In this document: one piece after another, positions 1-8,084 of the stretch | Position numbering within the stretch: the stretch's first letter is position 1 | Layout: every line of letters begins with the position of its first letter | NCBI GenBank assembly: GCA_003169695.1 | Contig: PNAS01000027.1 | Location: 40,488 to 104,487 of the forward strand | Direction: 5' to 3' | Source of the DNA: Spartobacteria bacterium | GTDB lineage: Bacteria > Verrucomicrobiota > Verrucomicrobiia > Chthoniobacterales > UBA10450 | DNA length: 64,000 bases | Made by a program: the position numbers and the translations under genes | The notes under the pieces: model-generated | What the model was told of the DNA's origin: nothing | The model's input: the letters and a program-made list of their open reading frames with translations, nothing else | Database searches by the model: none

Positions 1-726
1 ATGGAGGTCGGCCACGTCGGTGTGACCGAAGGTTACACCTATGCGAACGTCGATTCGGTAAACATTACCGTGCGCGGCCTGGGTGGACACGGCGCATATC
101 CACACAAGACCAAAGACCCGATTGTGGTTTCAGCGGAAATCGTCCTCGCATTGCAAACCATCGTCAGCCGCGAAAATAATCCGCTTGATCCGGTGGTGGT
201 GACGGTCGGCTCGATTCATGGCGGGACGAAGCACAACATCATTCCCGACGAAGTGAAAATGCAGCTCACCGTGCGCACCTACAAAACCGAGGTGCGCGAA
301 CGCACGCTGGCAGCGATCGAGCGCATCGCCAAGGGGATCGCAGCGACGGCCGGGATTCCGCCAGAGAGCGCGCCGATTGTCGAGGTCCTAAAAAATGAAT
401 TCACGCCAGCGACTTACAACAATCCGGAACTGACGAAGCGGCTCGTGGCCGTTTGGAAGAAGACGTTAGGCGCGGAGAACGTCGAAGCGACCGATCCCAC
501 CATGGGCGGTGAAGATTTTTCCGAATACAGCCTGCCCGATCATTCCGTTCCGGCGGTTGACTTTCACGTCGGCGCGGTCGATCCCGCGAAAATTGCCGAG
601 AGCAAGAGAACCGGTGTGCCATTGCCGAGTTTGCACTCGAGTAAGTTTGCTCCGGTGCCGGAGCCAACTATTCGCACAGGGTTGATCGGGATGATCAGCG
701 CTGTGCTGGACGTGATGAAGAAATAA
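1..726 (+). CDS. M20-family amidohydrolase/peptidase (aminoacylase / hippurate-hydrolase-like), C-terminal part; 5' end outside window
   Basis: ORF open from base 1. Motifs GLGGHGAYPHKTKDP and VTVGSIHGGTKHNIIPDEV are typical of the M20D family. Stop TAA 724-726. Confidence 0.8.
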   Translation: MEVGHVGVTEGYTYANVDSVNITVRGLGGHGAYPHKTKDPIVVSAEIVLALQTIVSRENNPLDPVVVTVGSIHGGTKHNIIPDEVKMQLTVRTYKTEVRERTLAAIERIAKGIAATAGIPPESAPIVEVLKNEFTPATYNNPELTKRLVAVWKKTLGAENVEATDPTMGGEDFSEYSLPDHSVPAVDFHVGAVDPAKIAESKRTGVPLPSLHSSKFAPVPEPTIRTGLIGMISAVLDVMKK

Positions 727-730
727 TCAA

Positions 731-827
731 GTAGGGATGGCTCTCCGAGCCGTCCGTCGAATTGCCTCTCTTTTTTCCGCATGGCTCACACCAAAACAAG
801 TCGGACGTTTCGGAGAAACGTCCCTAC
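731..827. repeat. REP/REPIN-like inverted pair of GTAG-headed hairpins
   Basis: GTAGGGATGGCTCTCCGAGCCGTCC (731-755, + strand) and GTAGGGACGTTTCTCCGAAACGTCC (827-803, - strand). Each is GTAG plus a 9-bp stem with a 3-nt loop. The pair fills the convergent spacer between the M20 gene and ftsZ. Confidence 0.6.
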
Positions 828-830
828 CTG

Positions 831-2255
831 TTACTTCACCCGAACGTTCTTGCGAAGAAACGTCGGGATGTCGAGATCCTGGCCTTCCACGATGGTCGGC
901 TCGCTTTTCTCAAACCGACCGCGTGTCACCGGCTCGAATTGCAGCACTTCTTGTTTCGCATGAAGCTTTTTCTCCTCGACCGGTCTCGGTTCCTTAAACG
1001 GAGCCGGCTTCTTTTTGGGGAGGATCACGCGCGGCTGTGGCGGCGCCTCTTCGATCACCCGTTCCTCCGGCACATATGCAATCGGAGTCGGCTCACCCTC
1101 AATCTCGACGGCAGGTTCTTCCATTTGAATCAACTCATCCGCAAGTACCGGCGACTCGGAGGCTGCGGCCGCCGGCTCTTCGCGTTGTTCCCAGATCGGC
1201 GGAGCTGGCTCGTACTTCGGGACCGGTTCGGGCTCGAGGAAGTTCGCCGGTTTTGCGGGCGCGGGGGACACTTCTTCCTCAGTCGCAAGTGAGCTGATCA
1301 ACGTCACGCTCAACCGATTTCCCATCCGTCCGTCGACCGACGTACCAAAAAGGATCTGCGTGTGATCGTTGATATGCCGGCCGAGTTCCTGCATCAGAAT
1401 CTCGACTTCAGAAAGCGTCATCGCGGGCCCACCTGCGACCTGGACCAGAACGTGGGACGCATCGGCGAGCATGCGGCCGCGATCCATCAGCGGGTTTTTC
1501 AATGCCTGCGTTAGCGCATCATGCGCGCGATTATCGGAATCCGATTCACCGAAGCCGAACAGACATCGACCGCTCGGGCTGCGGAGAGCGGAGAGCAGAT
1601 CGTCGAAGCCGATTCGAATGAGGCCGGGGCGCTGGATCAAGTTCACAATCGAGCGGACGCTCTGGCTGATCATGAGATCGGCCACCGCGAACGCCTGATG
1701 AATTCCCGCTTTCGGCGCGACCATGTCGCCCATGCGATCGTTCTCGAAACAGATGACGGCGTCGGCATTTTCGCGCAATTTTGCGAGGGCTTCCTGCGCT
1801 TGGGCCAGGCGACGTTTGCCTTCGAAAGCGAACGGCAAGGTCGCAAAAACCACGACAAGTGAGCCCAATTCGCGCGCGACCTGCGCGACCGCCGGCGCGG
1901 CCCCCGAGCCCGTCCCGCCACCCAGGCCGGTACAAACAAAAATCATTCTCGCGTCCGTAAGCGCCTGCCGGATTTCATCCGCGGATTCGTAAGCGGCATT
2001 GTAGCCGAGCTCAGGATCGCCACCGGCTCCGAGGCCACGCGTAACGGTTCGTCCAAGCTGGACTTTGTGTGCAGCGACGGAACTGGCGAGGGATTGGACA
2101 TCGGTGTTGATTGCGATGAGGTCGGCCTTGCTCAAGCCATCGAGCACGATCCGATCAAGGACATTCGAGCCGGCGCCGCCGACGCCGACGATCTTGATGG
2201 GAATTTCCTCCTCTGCCCTTTCCGGCAGGCTGTAATTGCGACTGAGTTGGATCAT
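831..2255 (-). CDS. ftsZ: Cell division GTPase FtsZ
   Basis: VGVGGAGSN and GLGGGTGSGAAP tubulin signature, a long E/P-rich linker and a C-terminal DIPTFLRK peptide. Start set at ATG 2255 (MIQLSRNY...) because the longer ORF (to 2438) runs into ftsA. Confidence 0.95.
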   Translation of the reverse strand: MIQLSRNYSLPERAEEEIPIKIVGVGGAGSNVLDRIVLDGLSKADLIAINTDVQSLASSVAAHKVQLGRTVTRGLGAGGDPELGYNAAYESADEIRQALTDARMIFVCTGLGGGTGSGAAPAVAQVARELGSLVVVFATLPFAFEGKRRLAQAQEALAKLRENADAVICFENDRMGDMVAPKAGIHQAFAVADLMISQSVRSIVNLIQRPGLIRIGFDDLLSALRSPSGRCLFGFGESDSDNRAHDALTQALKNPLMDRGRMLADASHVLVQVAGGPAMTLSEVEILMQELGRHINDHTQILFGTSVDGRMGNRLSVTLISSLATEEEVSPAPAKPANFLEPEPVPKYEPAPPIWEQREEPAAAASESPVLADELIQMEEPAVEIEGEPTPIAYVPEERVIEEAPPQPRVILPKKKPAPFKEPRPVEEKKLHAKQEVLQFEPVTRGRFEKSEPTIVEGQDLDIPTFLRKNVRVK

Positions 2256-2274
2256 AGGCGTGCTGCTTGCGTTT

Positions 2275-2329
2275 GTAGGGCGTTTCTGTGAAACGCCGCT
2301 GCATGTGGCGTCTGACACAGACGCCCTAC
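2275..2329. repeat. REP/REPIN-like inverted pair of GTAG-headed hairpins in the ftsA-ftsZ spacer
   Basis: GTAGGGCGTTTCTGTGAAACGCC (2275-2297, +) and GTAGGGCGTCTGTGTCAGACGCC (2329-2307, -), separated by 9 nt. Confidence 0.6.
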
Positions 2330-2352
2330 AATTCGTTTTGGAATGCCCCGCG

Positions 2353-3567
2353 TCATGAGCGCATCCCGTTGAAAATTTTTCCGAACAAGCGGCCGAAGCC
2401 GCCACGCGGGCGACGATCGACCTGGACCGCTTGCGCATATTTGATCAATCCGATCGCGGCGGAGAACTGCGGGTTCTCAAAAGCGGAGGTCAGACCAGAC
2501 ATAGTTTGCGCGTGAGCGACGCGTGCCGGCAATTCAAAGATGTCCTCCGCAAGATGGTCGATGCCATTCAAATGGCTGCATCCGCCGGTGATGAAAATGC
2601 CTTCGCCGATATAGTTGATGAACGGTTCTTCTTCCAGTTTCCGCTTCAGCAGCTCGAACGTTTCGCGCAGCCGCAAATGAATGATCGTGTTGAGCGTTTC
2701 GCGTTCGATCTCCTTTCCGGCAAATCCGGAGTCATCCTTTAGCAAGACCGTATCGCCCGGCAAACAATTGCCCAGAGTGACGCTGCCCTCCTCGATCTTT
2801 AATTTCTCCGCGCGCGTCATCGGAATGCGCAGGCCCATCGAGATATCGTTCGTGATGTGATCGCCGCCGACGCCGAGGACGCCGCTTTGTTTGACTGCGC
2901 CGTCCACATATAGAATGTAATCCGTCGTGCCGCCGCCGATATCGATCACGAGCGCGCCGAGATTTTTTTGATGCTGCGTGAGCACGATCTGCGCTGAAGC
3001 GAGCGCGGTGAAGACAACGTCCTCCACTTCCAGCGGCAACTCTTTCACGCAACGGATCGTGTTCTGGATGCGCGTGCGCACACCGTGGATAATGTGAAAA
3101 TCCGCTTCGAGTTTTTGTCCGAGCATGCCCACGGGGTTGAGGACGCCGTCCTGCCCGTCGACGTGATAATGCTGGATGATGGAATGGAGAAAGGCGTTTT
3201 GCGCGGGAATGCTCACTTCGCGCGCGTTGATCTTCACGTCCTCGATGTCCTGCTCGTCCATTTCGTCGCGATCTTCGGGCAGCGTCACGCAACCACGATT
3301 GTTGAAGCTTTGAATGTGCGAACCGGCGACGCCGACATAAACGCTGCGGATCATGACATCGCTTTTTGTCTCTGCGTCCACCACCGCCTCGTGCACGCAC
3401 TTCATGGCGGTTTCGAAATCGACGATCTCGCCTTTACGCACGCCGCGCGACGGAGCCTGGCCCACGCCAAGAATCTTGATCGTGCCATCGGGGCGGCCTT
3501 CGCCCACGACGACGCAAATCTTCGATGTGCCAATTTCGAGACCAACCATGAGATCACTGCTTGCCAT
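2353..3567 (-). CDS. ftsA: Cell division protein FtsA (actin-like ATPase)
   Basis: MVGLEIGTSKICVVVGE and DIGGGTTD phosphate motifs. Sits between ftsQ and ftsZ. Confidence 0.95.
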   Translation of the reverse strand: MASSDLMVGLEIGTSKICVVVGEGRPDGTIKILGVGQAPSRGVRKGEIVDFETAMKCVHEAVVDAETKSDVMIRSVYVGVAGSHIQSFNNRGCVTLPEDRDEMDEQDIEDVKINAREVSIPAQNAFLHSIIQHYHVDGQDGVLNPVGMLGQKLEADFHIIHGVRTRIQNTIRCVKELPLEVEDVVFTALASAQIVLTQHQKNLGALVIDIGGGTTDYILYVDGAVKQSGVLGVGGDHITNDISMGLRIPMTRAEKLKIEEGSVTLGNCLPGDTVLLKDDSGFAGKEIERETLNTIIHLRLRETFELLKRKLEEEPFINYIGEGIFITGGCSHLNGIDHLAEDIFELPARVAHAQTMSGLTSAFENPQFSAAIGLIKYAQAVQVDRRPRGGFGRLFGKIFNGMRS

Positions 3568-3572
3568 TTCGC

Positions 3573-4655
3573 TTAATCCTTTCTGTCACGCCGGACGGGA
3601 ATTGCCTTGCGCACCGGCGGTGGCGACGCACGCGCGCGCGACTTCGCTGACACGGGCGGAGGTTCTGCTTTTGCCAAAGGCTGAACCGGAATCGCCTTGA
3701 GAATTCTCGGCTCCGAACCTTCCGGGTCGATCGTTTCGTTGATTACTTCCGAGGGCAATTTCGTAAAGGTCACGGGGATGTTTCGCTGCACCAGAAGGTT
3801 CACTGTCTCGAGCTCGCGCTTCGAATCGTCGGAATAAACGAGAAACTGCTCGAGTCGCTGCAATTGTGTGTCGAGATTATCGAAGCCGAAGGTCACGCGC
3901 GTGTGGTTCTTGTCCGAAACGAGCAGACAGTAACCCTTCGAAACATCGATCTCGCGAATCTGAAAGCGCGTTTGCATGAAGCTGCGCGTGCTCAGACGCA
4001 GGAGCTCGAGCGCCGCCTTCGCTTCGGACGACTCGACGATTTTGCCCGCCTCGAGCGACTCGCTCGTGCATCCCGCGATCAGCGGCAGGCCGAGATATTC
4101 AGGCAACAATCTCTTTTCTTTCATGAGAACACCGCGCGCGTCCACTAGAAAAGCGACATCGGACACAAACGGATCGGCGATTTGTTTGTCGGAAGTGATC
4201 CAGGCTATCGGCTTGCGCTCGACCAGGCGAATGTCGATTTCTCCCGGCATCTTCCGCATCACCTGCACGTCATCCACCTGCGGCAACTGCTGCAGGCGAT
4301 CGTGTACAAGCGCGAGGTTTATCCCGAAAATATTTTCGCCCTCGCGCAGGCCGGCGGCTTTCAAAATCTGATCGCGCTGCAAGGTTCCATCGGTCTGCAC
4401 TTCAATTTGGCTCAGTTGGTAGTCCGGGTTTTCGAAGAACAGACGCTTCGCTCCCAGCTGGACGCCAAAATAGACGCCGGTGCAAATGCCCGCGGCAAGC
4501 ACGACCTTCGAAACGATGACCAGAACGCGGCGATTGCGATACTGCGTCGCCTTATGGGATCGGACCCTGACATCGAGAAGATGTTGCTGGCGGCGCTGCC
4601 GTGGATTCGAAACGCGCTCGTTTCGCGCGCGCGGGCGTTGATTCGTCGCTTTCAT
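3573..4655 (-). CDS. ftsQ: Cell division protein FtsQ (bitopic, POTRA domain)
   Basis: Basic N-terminus, one TM (VLVIVSKVVLAAGICTGVYF) and a periplasmic FtsQ/DivIB-like domain in the dcw position. ATG 4655 overlaps the ddl stop (ATGA). The alternative upstream start at 4703 would overlap ddl by 52 nt. Confidence 0.85.
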   Translation of the reverse strand: MKATNQRPRARNERVSNPRQRRQQHLLDVRVRSHKATQYRNRRVLVIVSKVVLAAGICTGVYFGVQLGAKRLFFENPDYQLSQIEVQTDGTLQRDQILKAAGLREGENIFGINLALVHDRLQQLPQVDDVQVMRKMPGEIDIRLVERKPIAWITSDKQIADPFVSDVAFLVDARGVLMKEKRLLPEYLGLPLIAGCTSESLEAGKIVESSEAKAALELLRLSTRSFMQTRFQIREIDVSKGYCLLVSDKNHTRVTFGFDNLDTQLQRLEQFLVYSDDSKRELETVNLLVQRNIPVTFTKLPSEVINETIDPEGSEPRILKAIPVQPLAKAEPPPVSAKSRARASPPPVRKAIPVRRDRKD

Positions 4656-5578
4656 CGGTCTGACCTGGGTCTCCGCCGCGAAAGGTCGATAATCCGCGCG
4701 CACAATTCCGCGTAGCCGATGCCGGCGGCGGCCGCTGCCTCAGGCAGCAAACTCGCCTCCGTCATCCCTGGAATCGTGTTCACCTCAAGAACAGCCGGCT
4801 CGCCCTCTTCGGGTAACATGATATCCACCCGCGAATAAACCTGCAGCCCAAGCGAGCGATGCGCTCGCAAAGCGAGATCTTGAATCGCGCGCGTTCGGTC
4901 CTCTGGAATTTTCGCCGGACAAACATGTTCGGCGCCGCCACCCGCGCTCGGATTCAGAAACGGATACTTGTTCGTGAAATCGTAAAAGCCGCCCTTCGGG
5001 ATAATTTCCAAAATCGGCAACGCCTGCTCACCAAGAATGCCGATGGTCAACTCGCGACCTGGAACAAACTTCTCGATCAGGAGTTCACGATCGTATTTGC
5101 CAGCATCCAAAATCGCCGCATCAATTTCCCGTTCATTCTTAATGATATGCACCCCGACCGTCGAACCCTGCCGGGGCGCTTTGATGACGAACGGAATGGG
5201 AATCGTCGGACGTTGGCCAATTGTCACGATCTGCCAATACGGCGTGGCAACACCATGCTGACGAAACGCCTCCTTGGAGCGAATCTTATCAAAAGCCAGC
5301 TCACTTTCCGCAACCCCGTCTCCGGTGTAGGCGACGCCGCGATGCTCCAGAATTCTTTGCACCTGTCCGTCTTCACCAAACGTTCCGTGCAGCGCGATGA
5401 AAGCGAGGTCGATGCCGTGCGGCAATTCGAAGTCCGGACCTTTGACGTCGACCTCCGCCACCTCGGCGCCTAACGAGCGTAAAGCTTTGGCGACTCCGTT
5501 GCCCGTGGCAAAGGAAACATCCCGCTCTGAGCCAGGTCCGCCCATCAGCACGGCGATCTTTTTCACGCGGAGTTTCAT
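4652..5578 (-). CDS. ddl: D-alanine--D-alanine ligase
   Basis: ATP-grasp Ddl motifs KIAVLMGGPGSERDVS, ALHGTFGEDGQ and LEVNTIPGMTE. Confidence 0.95.
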   Translation of the reverse strand: MKLRVKKIAVLMGGPGSERDVSFATGNGVAKALRSLGAEVAEVDVKGPDFELPHGIDLAFIALHGTFGEDGQVQRILEHRGVAYTGDGVAESELAFDKIRSKEAFRQHGVATPYWQIVTIGQRPTIPIPFVIKAPRQGSTVGVHIIKNEREIDAAILDAGKYDRELLIEKFVPGRELTIGILGEQALPILEIIPKGGFYDFTNKYPFLNPSAGGGAEHVCPAKIPEDRTRAIQDLALRAHRSLGLQVYSRVDIMLPEEGEPAVLEVNTIPGMTEASLLPEAAAAAGIGYAELCARIIDLSRRRPRSDR

Positions 5579-5786
5579 GTCACGACGCGCTTGGGGAGCG
5601 CGGGCCTCCAGCCCGTTCCCGCCGACATCCTGCCGGCGGGCTGTGCTAACGCGATAATTGGTTCGCCCTGCGAAAAGGCAGGGCGTGCCAGCGAAATTCC
5701 GATGCCCGGCAGAATGCCCCGCCCTGCGGGATGGAAGCCCGCGGTCCCCATCCGCTCATCTACGTGTTGCGACAAATGGAATGCGA

Positions 5787-8084
5787 TCACGCTGGTTCTC
5801 CGACAATTTGCACTTCGGTCTCCAATTCAACTCCACGTTGCGTACGCGCGACGTGCTTGATTCTTTCGATCAGCTCGAGCACTTCTGCCGCCGTAGCGCC
5901 GCCTTCATTGATAATAAAGTTCCCGTGCACTTCGGAAACACGAGCGTGACCGACTCGCGAATTCTTCAGCCCAAGTTCGTCGACCAGTTTGCCCGCGGGG
6001 CCACTCTTCGGATTCTTGAAAATGCAGCCCGCGCTCTTCGCGCTCGGTTGTGTTGTCCGACGTTTCTCCTGCGAATCGTCCAGGCGTCGAGTGATTTCCT
6101 CCGGCGCTGAAGGTGCTCCGCTAAACACTGCGGAAACCGCAAAATTATGGTCCAATGAGGGGACGTGACGGTAATTAATCTCGAGCTCCGCCGGGGTTTT
6201 CGTATGCGCATTTCCCTCGCCATCCAGGTATCGAACGCGCACGACGTTCTCAAAAGTTTGAGCGCCCATGGCGCCAGCATTCATTCGCAAGCCGCCGCCA
6301 ACCGCGCCCGGAATTCCCTCCATCCATTCAAGACCGCCGAGACCGGCGGCCTTGCCTGCATAAGCGACTTGCTTGAGTTTGGCGCCGACTCCCGCCGTAA
6401 TTTCGTTTCCGGAAACGTCCACCTTGTCGAACTCACCGCCGCACGGATGAACCACCACGCCGCGGATCCCCCCATCGCGGACGAGCAAGTTTGATCCTCG
6501 GCCAATGACGAAAAGCGGAAGATTTTCGCGACGGCAATAGCGGATCAAGTCGGCGAACGCAGCTTCGTTACGCGGCTCGACCCAAAACTGCGCGGGGCCG
6601 CCCACACGTAGCGTCGTGTGCTTCGCGAGCGGCTCATAAAGAAGCACGTCGCCTTCTTCACCGACAATCTCCTTCAACCGTTCAGCGATGACCAAATCGG
6701 CAGCGAGAATCGAAAGCTGCTCATGGATATTGCCAGCCCCAAGGCTCAAAATCAGATCGCCCGAAGCGATCATATTTCCGACATCGCAATGGAGACGATC
6801 CAGCCGCGGCTGGTAAGTGACGCCGCGATGGCCGTGCGCAATAATCTCATCGGCGATCGTCTGTCCGCTGATGCCGGGAAGCGGCGCTTCGCTGGCAGGG
6901 TAAATGTCGGTCACGACGACGCAATCGGCATTATCGAAGGCGCGCCCGAACTCGCGCCGCAGTGCCTTGGTGCGCGAATATCGATGCGGCTGAAACATAG
7001 TGAGAACGCGATTGCGCCCGGCCGATTTCGCGGTCGCGAGCGTCGCGCGAATCTCGGTGGGATGATGCGCGTAATCATCCACGAGCAAAAAGCGATCGCT
7101 CTCGTACTTTATTTCAAAACGCCGCCTGGCGTGCTCGAAGCGGCGCAGTGAAGCGACGATCTTCGCAAAGGGTATTCCCAGCTCTGTGGCGAGGGCGATC
7201 ACGCCGAGAGAATTACTCACGTTGTGGCGGCCAGGAACGTTCAGGACGGCTTCGCCTAACTTCTCGCCCCGGCGAAAGACACAGAAGACGGACGCGAAAT
7301 CCTGAAGATCGATATCAGTCCCGCGATAATCCGCATCCGGTGCAAAACCGAAGGAGATGGAACGCGGGCGTGCACCACAAATTCTCCCGGCGTGCGGATC
7401 ATCCGCACAATAAAAAACCGATCCAGATGTCTGATCGAGCAGTTGTGAAAACACGCCTTCGATCGCGGCGAGGTCCGGGTAAAAATCGAGATGCTCTTCC
7501 TCGATGTTTAGAACGAGCGTGTGTTCCGGCTTGAAAAACCGCAGCGTCCCATCGCTCTCGTCGCCTTCCGCCACGAAATACTCGCCGCGTGGATCCCAAT
7601 GCGCGTTCGAACCGAGCAGCGGAATTTCCGCCCCAACATAGTGCGACGGATGCAACCCTCCTTCGCGCAAAACATGCGCCGTCATGGCCGAAGTCGTCGT
7701 CTTGCCATGCATGCCCGCGATCACGATTCCACGCTTGCCTAACATGATCGCGGCCAGCGCCACGGCGCGGCGGACGAGCTGCTTGCCCATGTCACGCGCG
7801 CTCACCAGGATCGGATTTTCCTCCTTGATCGCCGAAGAAAAAATTACCAGTTCCGCGTTATTCGCATCTTCCGCTCGATGCTGCGCATGGAAGCGGAGTC
7901 CCAACCGCTGCAGGCGATCGGTCTCGAGCGAGCCGACCTTGTCGGAGCCGCTCACGTCGTGTCCGAGCTCGAGCAAAAGCGCCGCGATGCCGCTCATCCC
8001 ACTCCCCGCCACTCCCACCAGGTGAATCCGGTGATGCTCGCGCGTGAGTAGTTGTCGAAGATCGACTTCAGAGGTGAGCGTCAT
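5787..8084 (-). CDS. murC/murB: Fused UDP-N-acetylmuramate--L-alanine ligase (MurC, N-terminal) / UDP-N-acetylenolpyruvoylglucosamine reductase (MurB, C-terminal)
   Basis: Single uninterrupted 765-codon ORF. N-terminal Mur ligase motifs are HLVGVAGSGMSGIA and AGMHGKTTTSAM. From about residue 470 there is a MurB FAD-binding domain (LAKHTTLRVGGPA, VIGRGSNLLV, SAGCIFKNP). Confidence 0.9.
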   Translation of the reverse strand: MTLTSEVDLRQLLTREHHRIHLVGVAGSGMSGIAALLLELGHDVSGSDKVGSLETDRLQRLGLRFHAQHRAEDANNAELVIFSSAIKEENPILVSARDMGKQLVRRAVALAAIMLGKRGIVIAGMHGKTTTSAMTAHVLREGGLHPSHYVGAEIPLLGSNAHWDPRGEYFVAEGDESDGTLRFFKPEHTLVLNIEEEHLDFYPDLAAIEGVFSQLLDQTSGSVFYCADDPHAGRICGARPRSISFGFAPDADYRGTDIDLQDFASVFCVFRRGEKLGEAVLNVPGRHNVSNSLGVIALATELGIPFAKIVASLRRFEHARRRFEIKYESDRFLLVDDYAHHPTEIRATLATAKSAGRNRVLTMFQPHRYSRTKALRREFGRAFDNADCVVVTDIYPASEAPLPGISGQTIADEIIAHGHRGVTYQPRLDRLHCDVGNMIASGDLILSLGAGNIHEQLSILAADLVIAERLKEIVGEEGDVLLYEPLAKHTTLRVGGPAQFWVEPRNEAAFADLIRYCRRENLPLFVIGRGSNLLVRDGGIRGVVVHPCGGEFDKVDVSGNEITAGVGAKLKQVAYAGKAAGLGGLEWMEGIPGAVGGGLRMNAGAMGAQTFENVVRVRYLDGEGNAHTKTPAELEINYRHVPSLDHNFAVSAVFSGAPSAPEEITRRLDDSQEKRRTTQPSAKSAGCIFKNPKSGPAGKLVDELGLKNSRVGHARVSEVHGNFIINEGGATAAEVLELIERIKHVARTQRGVELETEVQIVGEPA

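Noticed and set aside
803-827. REP-like hairpins (here and at 24754-24837, 38073-38095, 57409-57498) as classical Rho-independent terminators
   Set aside because: The stems are good, but none is followed by a proper U-tract on the relevant transcript; the best case is GACTTGTTTTGG after ftsZ. I list them as repeats rather than as terminators.
831-2438. Long 5' extensions of ORFs in the six-frame track (ftsZ to 2438, LysM gene to 11211, mglA to 26215, coxIII to 51540, cyt c to 58473, ccoN-like to 61192, actF to 63115, actE to 63597)
   Set aside because: The extensions overlap the preceding conserved gene and have Arg/Ser/Pro-rich non-protein-like composition. In each case they are followed by an internal ATG that matches the family's normal N-terminus and abuts or overlaps the upstream stop codon.
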